43,120 nt of DNA from a virus (Duplodnaviria; Caudoviricetes). The stretch covers positions 1-43,120 of IMG/VR virus record IMGVR_UViG_3300022670_000619; one strand, 5' to 3'. Each line of letters opens with the position of its first letter. The first letter of the stretch is position 1. The translations under genes were made by a program, and so were the position numbers. The notes under the pieces are model-generated. The model was not told the DNA's origin, did no database searches, and saw nothing but the letters and a program-made list of their open reading frames with translations. Positions 42,579 to 43,120 of this stretch are shown piece after piece.

Positions 42579-42619
42579 AGGCATATAAACACAACAGGCC
42601 CAGTGGGCCAGGAGCAACG

Positions 42620-42829
42620 ATGATGGAATTGACAGGCATAGAGGGTGCCCGGAAACTGCCATATGAGGGTGGACCCCTAGATGGTGGCTACGAGGTAACG
42701 AGCGTTGAACTCGGTGGCCTCTTACAATACAGAAAGTCTGACGAAATAGGTGGCGAGATAAAAACGCACATCTACCGAGTGCAGATGCTAAGCATAACTT
42801 ATGAAGGGATAGAAAATGAACTACTATGA
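42620..42829 (+). CDS. Hypothetical early protein
   Basis: AGGAG RBS; GGPLDG motif. Confidence 0.65.
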   Translation: MMELTGIEGARKLPYEGGPLDGGYEVTSVELGGLLQYRKSDEIGGEIKTHIYRVQMLSITYEGIENELL

Positions 42830-43120
42830 AATATTGAGCCGGGTGCACGACCACCTGATGACTCAAAAAAAGAGGTGCATACGGGGCAATGTATGCCTAT
42901 ACAGATCCTATGATGGTCAAAAAGCATGCGCCATTGGGGCTCTTATAGATCAAGAGTATTACAACGAGGAATGGAACAGTCTTCCACTAAGCAGGTCAGT
43001 AGTACGAGAAGCACTCACCAACTCAGGCATGAAAATAGACAAACACAAGGATATATATTTTCTACAGGCCTTACAAAGAGTACATGATAATTATTCTGTC
43101 CATCAATGGAAAAAACAATT
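42816..43120 (+). CDS. Hypothetical phage protein spanning the circular junction (ends at TAA 176-178, about 112 aa)
   Basis: MNYYEILSRVHDHLMTQKKRC...CAIGALID...LQALQRVHD...DEWTPK is open across the junction; ATG overlaps the end of the previous ORF. Confidence 0.8.
   Translation, partial: MNYYEILSRVHDHLMTQKKRCIRGNVCLYRSYDGQKACAIGALIDQEYYNEEWNSLPLSRSVVREALTNSGMKIDKHKDIYFLQALQRVHDNYSVHQWKKQ
42977..43120. repeat. Terminal direct repeat, right copy
   Basis: Identical to 1-144; the ORF starting at 42816 reads through it and ends at 178. Confidence 0.97.

Overview
This window is a complete, circularly assembled dsDNA tailed-phage genome of about 42,976 bp. Bases 1-144 repeat exactly at 42977-43120, and one ORF reads through that junction. 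The + strand carries small early/accessory genes (41.9 kb through the junction to 6.1 kb) and an APSE/BPP-1-like replication module (HTH, Prim-Pol/VapE primase-helicase, SNF2 helicase, DUF2800 nuclease, DUF2815 SSB, family A DNA polymerase, PD-(D/E)XK nuclease; 8.8-18.5 kb). The - strand carries a T7-like podovirus morphogenesis block (terminase, portal, scaffold, capsid, tail adaptor and nozzle, three internal virion proteins, tail fibre; 18.5-39.8 kb), a separate inverted cassette of lectin-like genes (6.1-8.6 kb) and four tRNAs. I could not recognise an RNA polymerase, integrase, repressor, reverse transcriptase, CRISPR array or endolysin. The most unusual signals are: (1) four unrelated proteins ending in the same acidic D-[MIL]-L-S tail with different codons; (2) an apparent early-region RNA regulatory layer made of four same-geometry hairpins with covarying stems, a G/U-rich loop complementary to the C/A-rich leaders of early genes, and a promoter-driven pseudoknotted small RNA; (3) a tRNA set that reads only C-starting codons, with A37 in Pro and Leu; (4) a shared CCTAGG-N8-TATAnT motif upstream of structural operons. 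All functional calls come from motif recognition by eye, with no database search.
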